This document shows positions 7,982-16,326 of a stretch of 32,000 bases of DNA, piece after piece. The first letter of the stretch is position 1. Every line of letters begins with the position of its first letter. The position numbers were made by a program, and so were the translations under genes. The stretch comes from Rhodobacter capsulatus SB 1003 (GTDB lineage Bacteria; Pseudomonadota; Alphaproteobacteria; Rhodobacterales; Rhodobacteraceae): assembly GCF_000021865.1 (NCBI RefSeq), contig NC_014034.1:120001-152000 (forward strand). The letters are read 5' to 3'. Under the pieces are notes generated by a model. It saw nothing but the letters and a program-made list of their open reading frames with translations, was not told where the DNA came from and did not search any database.

Positions 7982-8992
7982 TCATGCCCAGTTGCCCTTC
8001 GACATCAGCCCCAGAATTTCCAGCTGCCGCCAGTTGATATATTTTTCCGACCACTTGGTCCACAGATCGGGTTCGGTTCCCAGCCGGGCACTATAGGCCT
8101 CGTATTCGCGCGAGCCCGCATAATGTTCGCGGCGTTGCATTTCCTCGGCCACCTTGGCGGTCAGAGGTGACAGGAATTTGGCATGCAAAAGGCAGCCCGA
8201 GGCCTTTTCGCCCCCCCATTCGTCATAGACCATGTTCAGCCCGCGCGGCAGGATCATGTGGGTGGACGAGGCGAAGACGAAGCCGCGCTGCCATTTCACC
8301 AGCGGGATCTTGTTCAGCGAGGGCGCCGCGGCGGGATCTTCGGCAAAGAATACCCGCGCCCGCGGACCGCCCTGAATCCACAGGTTCTGCATCTTGCGAT
8401 TGCGGGAAATCATGTAGTTGCCGGCATCGAACCAGCAGGCGATCTCGAACGGGTTCTGCCCCTCGCGGTAGGGGACGGCATCGATCGGCCCCTTGGGATA
8501 CATGTCGAGCAGCATCGCCGGGAAGCTGCGGATGTGATAGGTGTCGAGCCAGTCGGTCAGCGCGTCGATCGGGCGGGTGTCGCAGAACGGATAGACGAAG
8601 AATTCATCCGGATCGACGGTCAGCGTCCAGTGCCCGGTGCCGTATTTGCGCAGCAGATGGTTGAGCCAGTCCATGCCGAAGGCGGCCGCCTTGTAAGAGG
8701 CCGTCGTCGTCCAGACCGAACAATCGGGCTGCGCCGCCAGATACTCGCGCGAGCCGTCGGTGCTGTCATTGTCGACGAAGATGAAATGGCCCACCCGCAT
8801 GTCGCGGTAATAGCGCAGAAAATACGGCAACCGGACGCGTTCGTTGCGCAGGGTGCAGAAAACGATGACATCGCGGGGGGCGATCTTCGCGGTGCGGTCG
8901 GCCACGGGCTTCAGCTGGCGGCGCTTGCGGAATGCGCGCCATTGGCGCTGACGCCGCTCCCGCCGAAGCCTGATCGCCTGTCTCAGTGCCAA
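7982..8992 (-). CDS. GT2-like glycosyltransferase, paralog A
   Basis: FIFVDNDSTDGS (GT2 nucleotide-sugar motif) and a VDPDE DXD-like motif. Arg-rich N-terminus. TTG start at 8990-8992 gives (M)AL..., matching the MAL... start of paralog B. By-eye alignment suggests roughly half the residues are identical to paralog B. Confidence 0.72.
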   Translation of the reverse strand: MALRQAIRLRRERRQRQWRAFRKRRQLKPVADRTAKIAPRDVIVFCTLRNERVRLPYFLRYYRDMRVGHFIFVDNDSTDGSREYLAAQPDCSVWTTTASYKAAAFGMDWLNHLLRKYGTGHWTLTVDPDEFFVYPFCDTRPIDALTDWLDTYHIRSFPAMLLDMYPKGPIDAVPYREGQNPFEIACWFDAGNYMISRNRKMQNLWIQGGPRARVFFAEDPAAAPSLNKIPLVKWQRGFVFASSTHMILPRGLNMVYDEWGGEKASGCLLHAKFLSPLTAKVAEEMQRREHYAGSREYEAYSARLGTEPDLWTKWSEKYINWRQLEILGLMSKGNWA

Positions 8993-9139
8993 ACCGCCCT
9001 CGTCCCGTCCCGTGCCTTGCGGCCCTTTCTAGCGCATTCCGCTTGCGGCAGGGTTAATCCCCGCCTGTCGCGCGCGGGCGAGCATAGGCGCAACCGTGCA
9101 GCAGGTAAACCTTTGGTTCTTCTGCAGATACGATCCGGC

Positions 9140-10162
9140 CTAAAGCCAGCCGCCGCGCGACATCAGCCCCAGCGCCTCCAGCTGCCGCCAGCTTTCCAGC
9201 CGTGTCGACCGCGGCGTCCAGAAATCCGGCGACGCCATCAGGCTGTCGTAATAGCTGTCAAAGATCTCGGGGCGGCCGAAATGCTCGCGCCGGTCTTTTT
9301 CCTCGGCGGCCTTGCGCACCACTTCGGGCAGGAATTTCGTGTGCAGAAGCAGGCCCGAAATCGCCTCGCCGCCGGTCTGGTCATAGACCTCGTTCAGCCG
9401 CGCAGGCAGGATCGCATGGGTGGAATTGAGATAGACCCAGCGCCGGTTCCAGCGCACCAGCGGGATCTTGGACAGGGTCGGCGCATGCCGGGGACGGTCG
9501 GCAAAGAACATCCGCGCCCGTGGACCGCCCTGAATCCAAAGCGCTTTCGTGCGCTCTTGCCGGGTGATCGTGTAATTGCCCGCATCGAACCACTGCAGGA
9601 TCCGCAGGGGGTCGCTGCCGATCTCGTAGCTTTGCGCCTGCACCGGCCCCTTGGGGTAAAGTTCCAGCATCATCGCCGGAAAGACCCGCTGCCCGCTCGC
9701 GTCCAGCCAGCCCGTCAGCGCCGCAAGCGGGCGGGTGTCGTGATGCGGATAGATCAGCAATTCATCGGCATCGACGGTCAGGCACCAGTGGTCATGGCCG
9801 TGGCGGAACATCAGCCAGGTCAGCCAATCCAGCCCGAAGCGGTGCAGCCGATAGCTGGAGCCGGTCTGCCACAGCGACACATCGGGCTGGGCCGCCAGCA
9901 GATCGGGGCTGCCGTCGGTGCTGTTATTGTCCACGATCAGGAAATGATCGACGCCCAGCCGCCGGTAGTGATCGAGGAAATGCGGCAGCCGCTGCGCCTC
10001 GTTCCGGATCGCGGCGAACAGCAGGATGTCATCGCGGCGGATGGCCCCGGTGCGGTCCTGCACGGCGGTCAGACGGCGGCGACGGCGCAGCGCACGCGCC
10101 AGCAGATAGCGGCGTCTCAGCCGCCCGCGATAGGCCTGCCAGAGCTTTGACCAAAGCGCCAT
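9140..10162 (-). CDS. GT2-like glycosyltransferase, paralog B
   Basis: FLIVDNNSTDGS and VDADE motifs, with a C-terminal WRQLEALGLMSRGGW shared with paralog A. ATG start with GGGGGAAAG upstream, 18 nt after the galE stop. Confidence 0.72.
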   Translation of the reverse strand: MALWSKLWQAYRGRLRRRYLLARALRRRRRLTAVQDRTGAIRRDDILLFAAIRNEAQRLPHFLDHYRRLGVDHFLIVDNNSTDGSPDLLAAQPDVSLWQTGSSYRLHRFGLDWLTWLMFRHGHDHWCLTVDADELLIYPHHDTRPLAALTGWLDASGQRVFPAMMLELYPKGPVQAQSYEIGSDPLRILQWFDAGNYTITRQERTKALWIQGGPRARMFFADRPRHAPTLSKIPLVRWNRRWVYLNSTHAILPARLNEVYDQTGGEAISGLLLHTKFLPEVVRKAAEEKDRREHFGRPEIFDSYYDSLMASPDFWTPRSTRLESWRQLEALGLMSRGGWL

Positions 10163-10180
10163 CTTTCCCCCATTCGGGGG

Positions 10181-11167
10181 CTATCTTTCATAATGTCCGC
10201 TTTGATGCCAGCGCCATGCATCGGCGATCATCGTCGTCAGATCGCTGCGTTTCGGTGCCCAGCCCAGATCGCGGATCGCCTTGGTCGAGCCCGAGACCAG
10301 CACCGCGGCATCGCCCGGACGACGCGCGCCCTCGACGATCGGCACCGCGCGGTTGGTCACGGCTTTCGATTGCGCGATCACCTCGCGCACCGAAAAGCCG
10401 GTGCCGGAGCCCAGACAGAACACCTCCGAGCCCTTGCCCGCCTGCAGCCATTGCAGCCCCAGCACATGGGCATCGACCAGATCGGAGACATGGACGTAGT
10501 CGCGAATGCAGGTGCCATCCTTGGTCGGGTAATCCGAGCCGTAAACCGTCAGCGCCGGACGCTTGCCGTCGATCGCATCCAGCATCAGGGGCACCAGATG
10601 CGTTTCCGGGCGGTGAAACTCGCCCACCTCTCCCTCGGGATCGGCGCCCGCGACGTTGAAATAGCGGAAGATCACGGAACGCAGACCATGCGACGCCTCG
10701 AAATCGCGCAGGATCATCTCGATCGCCTGTTTCGAGCCGCCATAGGCGTTGATCGGCGCCTGGGTGGTGGTTTCGTCCAGCACCACCCCGTCCTGATCGC
10801 CATAGGTGGCGCAGGTGGAGGAGAAGACGAAATCAAGGCAGCCCGCGGCGCAGGCCGCCTCGATCAGGGTCAGCGAGGACAGCACGTTGTGGCGCCAGTA
10901 AAGCCCGGGGTTCTTCATCGACTCGCCCACCAGGCTGAGGGCGGCGAAATGCATCACCGCCACCGGCTGCCAGCGCGCGAAGACCGCATCCAGCCACGCC
11001 CGGTCGGAAAGATCGCCTTCCTCGAGCGGGCCAAACTTGACCGCATCGCGCCAGCCGGTGACGAGGCTGTCATAGGTCACCGGCACATAGCCCGCCCGGG
11101 CCAGCGCCTTGCAGGCGTGAGAGCCGATATAGCCGGCCCCCCCCGTCACCAGAACATGCTGCGCCAT
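10181..11167 (-). CDS. galE: UDP-glucose 4-epimerase
   Basis: Rossmann motif VTGGAGYIGSH and catalytic YGGSK (YxxxK). Full-length similarity to the GalE pattern. 3 nt downstream of galU. Confidence 0.92.
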   Translation of the reverse strand: MAQHVLVTGGAGYIGSHACKALARAGYVPVTYDSLVTGWRDAVKFGPLEEGDLSDRAWLDAVFARWQPVAVMHFAALSLVGESMKNPGLYWRHNVLSSLTLIEAACAAGCLDFVFSSTCATYGDQDGVVLDETTTQAPINAYGGSKQAIEMILRDFEASHGLRSVIFRYFNVAGADPEGEVGEFHRPETHLVPLMLDAIDGKRPALTVYGSDYPTKDGTCIRDYVHVSDLVDAHVLGLQWLQAGKGSEVFCLGSGTGFSVREVIAQSKAVTNRAVPIVEGARRPGDAAVLVSGSTKAIRDLGWAPKRSDLTTMIADAWRWHQSGHYER

Positions 11168-11170
11168 CGG

Positions 11171-12064
11171 TTACTGCGCCGCCGTCCGCATCGCCATCAC
11201 ATCGCCGAGGAAATCGCCGAATTCGTCGCGCAGATCCTCGCGGGCCAGACCAAAGGCCACCGTCGCCTGCAGGAACCCGGCCTTGGAGCCGCAGTCATAG
11301 CGCTGGCCGCGGAAGCGGAAGCCGTAAACCGGCTGCCCGGCCTCGATCTCTTCGGCGATGGCGTCGGTGAGCTGGATTTCCCCGCCCGCGCCCTCTTTCT
11401 TCTTGTTCAGGTTCTGCATCACCCGCGGCGTCAGGATGTAGCGCCCGATCACGGCGAGGTTCGAGGGCGCCACATCGGGGGCGGGTTTCTCGATCATGCC
11501 CTTGACCTTGACCAGCGAGCCCATGTCCTCGGCGATGTCCAGAACGCCATAGGACGAGGTTTTCTCATGCGGCACTTCCATCGCCGCGACGACGTTGCCG
11601 CCGGTCTCGTTATAGGCTTCCATCATCTGCTGCAGACAGGGCTTTTCCGCGGCGATGACGTCGTCGGTCAGGATCACGGCAAAGGGCTCGTTGCCGACCA
11701 GACGGCGGGCACACCAGACGGCATGGCCAAGCCCCATCGGCCGGTTCTGCCGCACATAGGCGATGGCGCCCGAATCCATGTTCGTGGCTTTCAGCGCCTC
11801 GAGCAGATCGGTCTTGCCCTTCTTGCGCAGCGAGGTTTCCAGCTCCGGCGCATCGTCGAAATAATCCTCCAGCGCGGATTTGCCCCGCGAGGTGACGAAG
11901 ATGAATTCCTTGATCCCGGCGGCCCGGGCTTCATCGATCGCATATTGAATGAGCGGGCGGTCGACCAGCGTCAGGATCTCTTTCGGGATCGACTTGGTGG
12001 CCGGAAGGAAGCGTGTGCCGAGGCCAGCGACCGGAAAAATCGCTTTCGTGACCTTGCGTTTCAT
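11171..12064 (-). CDS. galU: UTP--glucose-1-phosphate uridylyltransferase
   Basis: N-terminal AGLGTRFLPATKSIPKE signature and VEKP-like IEKP motif. AAGG RBS upstream of the ATG. Confidence 0.92.
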   Translation of the reverse strand: MKRKVTKAIFPVAGLGTRFLPATKSIPKEILTLVDRPLIQYAIDEARAAGIKEFIFVTSRGKSALEDYFDDAPELETSLRKKGKTDLLEALKATNMDSGAIAYVRQNRPMGLGHAVWCARRLVGNEPFAVILTDDVIAAEKPCLQQMMEAYNETGGNVVAAMEVPHEKTSSYGVLDIAEDMGSLVKVKGMIEKPAPDVAPSNLAVIGRYILTPRVMQNLNKKKEGAGGEIQLTDAIAEEIEAGQPVYGFRFRGQRYDCGSKAGFLQATVAFGLAREDLRDEFGDFLGDVMAMRTAAQ

Positions 12065-12109
12065 AATGCACCTTTGTGTGTGTGGGCTGCTCGCGTCTCA
12101 GTTGGGCGC

Positions 12110-12138
12110 ATAATCCACCGTTTTGAAGACCTGCTCAA
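12110..12138 (-). promoter_or_regulatory. Candidate sigma-70-type promoter for galU-galE and downstream genes
   Basis: The minus strand reads TTGAGC (12133-12138), a 17-nt spacer, then GATTAT (12110-12115), about 45 nt upstream of the galU ATG. Sequence match only. Confidence 0.35.
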
Positions 12139-12169
12139 GCTTCGCCTGTGCAGAAGTGAACCGCGCGCC

Positions 12170-12198
12170 GGAAAAAGCAGGCGGTTTTTCGCCGCTGC
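12170..12198 (-). terminator. Candidate intrinsic terminator after kdsB
   Basis: The minus strand reads GCAGCGGCGAAAAACCGCCTGC followed by TTTTTCC. This gives a 7-bp stem with one bulge, starting about 35 nt after the kdsB stop. Confidence 0.4.
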
Positions 12199-12231
12199 GG
12201 AAACAACTTTCACGGCGCCGCGATGAATGTA

Positions 12232-13032
12232 TCAGTCCTGCCCCATCGCGGCCATCATCGCCTCGATCTTCGGCACGTCCGAGGGGTTGTTCAGCTCCCA
12301 GAACTGCCGCCCGCGCGATTCGACCTCGACGCAAAGCACAGAGCGGCCGTTTTCCAGAAACCGCAGCTGTTCGAGCCCTTCGAGCGTTTCGAGCGGCCCG
12401 ACCGGCCAGCCGGAATAGGCCGCCAGCGTCCCGGGGCGATAGGCATAGACGCCGACGTGATGAAAGACCGGGGTCGGTTCCCCGGGGCCATAGGCTTTGC
12501 CGGTGAAGGGGATCACCTCCTTGGAGAAATAGATCCCGCGGTTGCCCGCGCCAAAGACCGCAGTGGTGCCGCCGACGCGGTCGTTGCGGCGATCCTCGAT
12601 CAGCCCGGCCAGCATCGCGCCTTCGCAGCGCAGAACCGGGGTGGCCAGTTCCGCCCAGGGGTTGGCGATCAGCCCCGCCACCAGATCCTCGACGAACCAG
12701 GCGGGGGTCAGCGGCGCATCGCCCTGCAGGTTCACCACGATGTCATGGCCGCCGCCCAGATTGGCAACGGCCTCGGCGCAGCGTTCGGTGCCATTGGCGC
12801 AGGCGGGCGAAGTCATCACCACCTCGGCGCCAAAGCTTTCGGCCTCAAGGCGGATGCGGTCATCGTCGGTCGCCACCACGACGCGCGCGACGCCCTGCAC
12901 CGCCTGCGCGGCCTCCCAGCTGCGCCGGATCAGGGTCTTGGCGACCCCGTTGGCGCCCCGCAACGCAACCAGCGGTTTGCCCGGATAGCGGCTTGAAGCG
13001 TAGCGGGCGGGGATGACGACCAGAACCGACAT
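12232..13032 (-). CDS. kdsB: 3-deoxy-manno-octulosonate cytidylyltransferase (CMP-Kdo synthetase)
   Basis: N-terminal VVIPARYASSRYPGKPL signature and NLQGDAPL motif. ATG 13030-13032 shares 1 nt with the cysQ stop. The longer frame to 13182 is Arg-rich and overlaps cysQ. Confidence 0.9.
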   Translation of the reverse strand: MSVLVVIPARYASSRYPGKPLVALRGANGVAKTLIRRSWEAAQAVQGVARVVVATDDDRIRLEAESFGAEVVMTSPACANGTERCAEAVANLGGGHDIVVNLQGDAPLTPAWFVEDLVAGLIANPWAELATPVLRCEGAMLAGLIEDRRNDRVGGTTAVFGAGNRGIYFSKEVIPFTGKAYGPGEPTPVFHHVGVYAYRPGTLAAYSGWPVGPLETLEGLEQLRFLENGRSVLCVEVESRGRQFWELNNPSDVPKIEAMMAAMGQD

Positions 13033-13826
13033 CACTTCACCAGCATCACGCCGGGGGCATAGGCGATGAAGAACGGGTTGGCGAAGCCGTCCTTGCCATA
13101 GGTGAAGGGGCCGTGATCGTCGAACCGCACCATCTCGCCCCCGGCGCCGCGCAGCACGGCATCGCCCGCGGCGGTGTCCCATTCCATCGTCCGACCCAGA
13201 CGCGGGTAAAGATCGGCTTCCCCCGTCGCCACCAGACAGAATTTCAGCGACGACCCCGCCGAGGTCATGTCGGCCACCGCATAGCGGGCGATGTACTCAT
13301 CGGTCGCCGCATCGCGGTGCGATTTCGACGCCACCACCATCAGCGCCCGGTTGTCGGGCACCGACACGGTGATCGGCTTCTGCTCGCCCACGGTTTCCTT
13401 GTCGAAGGCGCCCAGTTCCTCGACCGCGCGGCCATCGGCCAGCGTGTAGAACAGCCGCCCCTTGGCGGGCGCATAGACGACGCCGCGCAAGGGCACGCCA
13501 TTTTCGACATAGGCGATGTTGACGGTGAAATCGCCGCGACGCTGCACGAATTCCTTGGTGCCATCCAGCGGATCGACGATCAGGAAGGTCTTGACGCTTT
13601 GGCTGTGGCTGGCCGCCTGTTCCTCGGTCACCAGCGCGATCTGCGGAAAGGCCTCGGCCAGCCCTTCGGAGATCAGCGCATCGGCGGCCTCGTCGGCCTC
13701 GGTCACCGGCGAGGCATCGGCTTTGGTCTTCACCGCGAAATCGGGAGAATCATAGATCTGCATGATCCGGTCGCCCGCCTCCAGCGCCAGTCGGCGCATC
13801 ACGCTCACAAGACGGTCAAAGTCCAT
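13032..13826 (-). CDS. cysQ: 3'(2'),5'-bisphosphate nucleotidase (PAP phosphatase), inositol monophosphatase superfamily
   Basis: VDPLDGTKEF and EWDTAAGDAVL motifs. ATG 13824-13826 is preceded by AGGAGAG. The upstream extension to 13865 lacks an RBS. Confidence 0.85.
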   Translation of the reverse strand: MDFDRLVSVMRRLALEAGDRIMQIYDSPDFAVKTKADASPVTEADEAADALISEGLAEAFPQIALVTEEQAASHSQSVKTFLIVDPLDGTKEFVQRRGDFTVNIAYVENGVPLRGVVYAPAKGRLFYTLADGRAVEELGAFDKETVGEQKPITVSVPDNRALMVVASKSHRDAATDEYIARYAVADMTSAGSSLKFCLVATGEADLYPRLGRTMEWDTAAGDAVLRGAGGEMVRFDDHGPFTYGKDGFANPFFIAYAPGVMLVK

Positions 13827-13950
13827 CACTCTCTCCTGTCGGCCGCATTTCGGCCAGATTGCCATGCGATTTCGTTATCTTTATGATCGGCCCTCAACGG
13901 AACGGCAAGTTTTCCGGGGCATAAATCGCAGAGTTCCCCACGGCAGAGCC

Positions 13951-14772
13951 ATGTTCAAAGCAGAACGCACGACCAGCGCCCTCGGATCGACCTTCAACCT
14001 GCTGGAGCTGGTCTATCACGCCACGGTGCGCTCGATCCGCAAATCGCAGGGCAATGCGATCCTCGGCCTGTTGCAGAACATGTTCCAGACCGTGATGCTC
14101 GTGGCGACATTCTACCTGATGTACACGATCCTTGGCATGCGCGGCAGCGCCGTGCGCGGGGATTTCATGCTGTACATCATGTCGGGCATCTTTCTTTACA
14201 TGACCTATACCAAGGCGATGTCGGCGGTCTTCGGCTCTGAAGGGTCGTCCTCGGCGATGATGAAGCACGGGCCGATGACCACCGCGATCGCGATTTCGGC
14301 GGCGGCTTTGGGCGCGCTTTACATGCAGATGCTGTCGATGCTGGTGGTGCTTTACCTGTATCACGCCGCGATCAAGCCGATCGAGATCCATGACTGGGCC
14401 GGCGCGATGGGGATGGTGATGCTGGGCTGGTTCTCGGGGGTGGCGCTGGGCATGGTGTTTCTGGCGGCCAAGCCCTGGAACCCGCCGCTGGTGGGGATGA
14501 TCCAGCAGATCTACGGCCGGGTGAACATGATCGCCTCGGGCAAGATGTTCCTGGCCAATACGCTGCCGCACAAGATGCTGGTGATGTTCAGCTGGAACCC
14601 GCTGTTTCACATCATCGATCAGGCGCGCGGCTTCACCTTCATCAACTACAACCCGCATTTCTCGAATTGGGAATATGCGCTGAACGTGGCCCTGGCGCTT
14701 TTGGCGATCGGGCTGATGGGCGAATTCTACACCAGGCAACATGCCTCGGCCAGCTGGTCCGCCAGGCACTGA
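13951..14772 (+). CDS. ABC-2-type polysaccharide export permease (KpsM/CtrC-like)
   Basis: About 273 aa with roughly six hydrophobic segments. The N-terminal region ([29 protein letters not shown]) resembles KpsM-type permeases. No ATPase gene is adjacent. The start is placed at the first ATG that gives a plausible cytoplasmic N-terminus. Confidence 0.65.
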   Translation: MFKAERTTSALGSTFNLLELVYHATVRSIRKSQGNAILGLLQNMFQTVMLVATFYLMYTILGMRGSAVRGDFMLYIMSGIFLYMTYTKAMSAVFGSEGSSSAMMKHGPMTTAIAISAAALGALYMQMLSMLVVLYLYHAAIKPIEIHDWAGAMGMVMLGWFSGVALGMVFLAAKPWNPPLVGMIQQIYGRVNMIASGKMFLANTLPHKMLVMFSWNPLFHIIDQARGFTFINYNPHFSNWEYALNVALALLAIGLMGEFYTRQHASASWSARH

Positions 14773-14776
14773 CCCG

Positions 14777-15808
14777 TCAGGGCTTGCGGATCGTGTCGCC
14801 GAACTGGATGACCGGCTGCAGCTCGACCAGCTCGCCCGCCGCCGAGGTCTTGCCCGATTGCGCCGCGACGATCTCGGCCGCCTTGCGCCCGATCTCGCGC
14901 CGACAGGCATCCATCGTCGCCAACCGCCGCGGCAGACCTTCCAGCAGCTCGACCCCGTTGAACCCGGCCAGACCCAGCCTGCCCGGCACGTCAAAGCCCT
15001 TTTCCAGGCAGTAAAGCAGCCCGCCCGCGCCAATCATGTCGTTGGAATAATAGAGGAAATCGATGTCCGGGCTGCGCGAGAGCATCGCCCCGGTCATCTC
15101 GCGCCCCTTCAGAAGCGCCGAGCCACCGGAATAGAATTCCGTGTCATGCAGCGCGATCCCCGCCTGCGCCAGCCCTTCGGAAAAGCCCTCCAGCCGTTTG
15201 CGGGCGCGATGATCCTCGGGCATCTTGGTGCCCAGAAAGCCGATCTTGCGATAGCCCGCCGCCGCAATCGCCTGCGCCATCTGCAGCCCGGCGCGGCGAT
15301 GCGAGATGCCGACGACGGAATCGACCCCCTCGCCATCGACATCCATGATCTCGACCACCGGCACGCCCGCATTCTGCAGCATCGCCCGCGCCGTCGCGGT
15401 GTGTTCCAGCCCCGCGATGATCACCCCCGAGGGCCGCCAGGACAGCATCTCGTAAAGGACGGTTTCTTCCTTTTCCGGGGAATAGTCGGTGACGCCGACG
15501 ACGGGCTGCAGCCCGGTGTCCTCCAGCTCGGTCGAGATGCCCGAAAGCACCTCCGGAAAGACCAGGTTCGACAGCGACGGGATGATCACGCCGACCAGAT
15601 TGACCCGCTGCGAGGCCAGCGCGCCGGCGATCTTGTTGGGCACATAGCCCAGCGTCCGCGCCGCTTCGAGCACCTTTTCGCGGGTCGCTTCCGACACGTC
15701 GCCCCGGTTGCGCAACACGCGGCTGACCGTCATTTCGGAAACCCCCGAGGCCTCGGAGACGTCACGCAGGGTCAGGGGACGGCGGGAGTCGTTGGGCGAA
15801 CGGGCCAA
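14777..15808 (-). CDS. LacI-family transcriptional regulator (GntR-gluconate-repressor-like)
   Basis: N-terminal [26 protein letters not shown] and a periplasmic-binding-protein-like sugar-binding core. TTG start at 15806-15808 with GGAAAGGA upstream. No in-frame ATG lies upstream of the HTH. Confidence 0.88.
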   Translation of the reverse strand: MARSPNDSRRPLTLRDVSEASGVSEMTVSRVLRNRGDVSEATREKVLEAARTLGYVPNKIAGALASQRVNLVGVIIPSLSNLVFPEVLSGISTELEDTGLQPVVGVTDYSPEKEETVLYEMLSWRPSGVIIAGLEHTATARAMLQNAGVPVVEIMDVDGEGVDSVVGISHRRAGLQMAQAIAAAGYRKIGFLGTKMPEDHRARKRLEGFSEGLAQAGIALHDTEFYSGGSALLKGREMTGAMLSRSPDIDFLYYSNDMIGAGGLLYCLEKGFDVPGRLGLAGFNGVELLEGLPRRLATMDACRREIGRKAAEIVAAQSGKTSAAGELVELQPVIQFGDTIRKP

Positions 15809-15881
15809 GGCGGGTCCTTTCCGTGGGATCGCTACCAGATAGCGTCAAACATTTCGCTTGTGCAAGTCGAAGCGCATCCGT

Positions 15882-15895
15882 ATGTTATCGCTAAC
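15882..15895. promoter_or_regulatory. Candidate LacI/GntR-type operator upstream of the LacI-family gene
   Basis: ATGTTATCGCTAAC fits the ATGTTA-N4-TAAC(AT) half-site pattern I recall for gluconate-repressor-type operators. The right arm is imperfect. It lies about 75 nt upstream of the regulator start. Confidence 0.3.
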
Positions 15896-15969
15896 GGCAT
15901 GATCCGGCCCCGTCCGGACCCTCCGTTCAACCTCGGCGGCGGTCATCCTTCCTCAACCGCCGGGGGCGC

Positions 15970-16006
15970 GAAAGGGGGAGCGGTGGGCCAATACGCTCCC
16001 CCTTTC
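15970..16006. repeat. Perfect 13-bp inverted repeat (hairpin) downstream of tRNA-Arg
   Basis: GAAAGGGGGAGCG (15970-15982), an 11-nt loop, then CGCTCCCCCTTTC (15994-16006). There is no U-tract on either strand, so its function (processing or termination of the tRNA transcript, or a REP-like element) is open. Confidence 0.6.
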
Positions 16007-16124
16007 CCAATGCCCCGAGCCGTTTCCCGATCACACCGAAAACCGCGAGCCGGAAAGCCGCCTGCCCGGGAACGCCCGTTTCCCCGGCCGGAAGCCTCGT
16101 CGCCTTCTGTCGTCGTGAAATGCG

Positions 16125-16201
16125 TGGCGACCCCGAGTGGATTCGAACCACCAACCTGCCCCTTAGGAGGGGGCTGCTCTATCCAGTTGAGCCACGGGGT
16201 C
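16125..16201 (-). tRNA. tRNA-Arg (anticodon CCU)
   Basis: The reverse complement folds as a 77-nt cloverleaf: acceptor GACCCCG/CGGGGTC, D-arm GCTC/GAGC, anticodon stem GCCCC/GGGGC with loop CTCCTAA, T-arm GGTGG-TTCGAAT-CCACT, and an encoded CCA. Confidence 0.93.
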
Positions 16202-16297
16202 ACATCGGCTTTTTGCGGGCATCCGGGCAAAAACGCAAGCCGTCTTCGCAGCCGCCCCGGCATCGCCATGCTTGCGGGCCCGCCCGGCCAAGCCGCG

Positions 16298-16326
16298 TTG
16301 AAGTTTCGGCCCTGGCGCCCTATACT
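16298..16326 (+). promoter_or_regulatory. Candidate sigma-70-type promoter of the ygiQ-family gene
   Basis: TTGAAG (16298-16303), a 17-nt spacer, then TATACT (16321-16326). The ATG at 16334 is only 7 nt past the -10 element. Confidence 0.4.

Noticed and set aside
9034-9050. A 17-mer GCATTCCGCTTGCGGCA between the GT2 paralogs that matches 15/17 with GCATTCCGGTTGCGGGA (3765-3781) upstream of hpf, suggesting a shared regulatory motif
   Set aside because: A rough estimate indicates that a 15/17 match between two short GC-rich intergenic segments is not clearly beyond chance. The orientation relative to the downstream gene also differs. I kept only the local 9-bp direct repeat at 3751-3773 as an observation.
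12075-12084. (TG)5 microsatellite in the galU 5' untranslated region, considered as a phase-variation tract
   Set aside because: Five dinucleotide units are too short for efficient slipped-strand switching. The tract is outside the coding sequence and outside the spacer of the putative promoter.
8183-12226. Very long plus-strand ORFs (8183-10150, 655 aa; 10193-12226, 677 aa) antisense to the GT2 paralogs, galE and galU
   Set aside because: The translations are Arg/Gly/Pro/His-rich low-complexity strings with no motifs. The opposite strand encodes proteins with clear GT2, GalE and GalU signatures. This is the usual open antisense frame of GC3-rich genes.
4878-16201. Glycan cluster as a tRNA-Arg-integrated genomic island
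   Set aside because: The window contains no integrase, no transposase and no repeat of the tRNA 3' end that I could find by eye. galE, galU, kdsB and cysQ are ordinary chromosomal genes. This survives only as a low-interest note at the tRNA flank.
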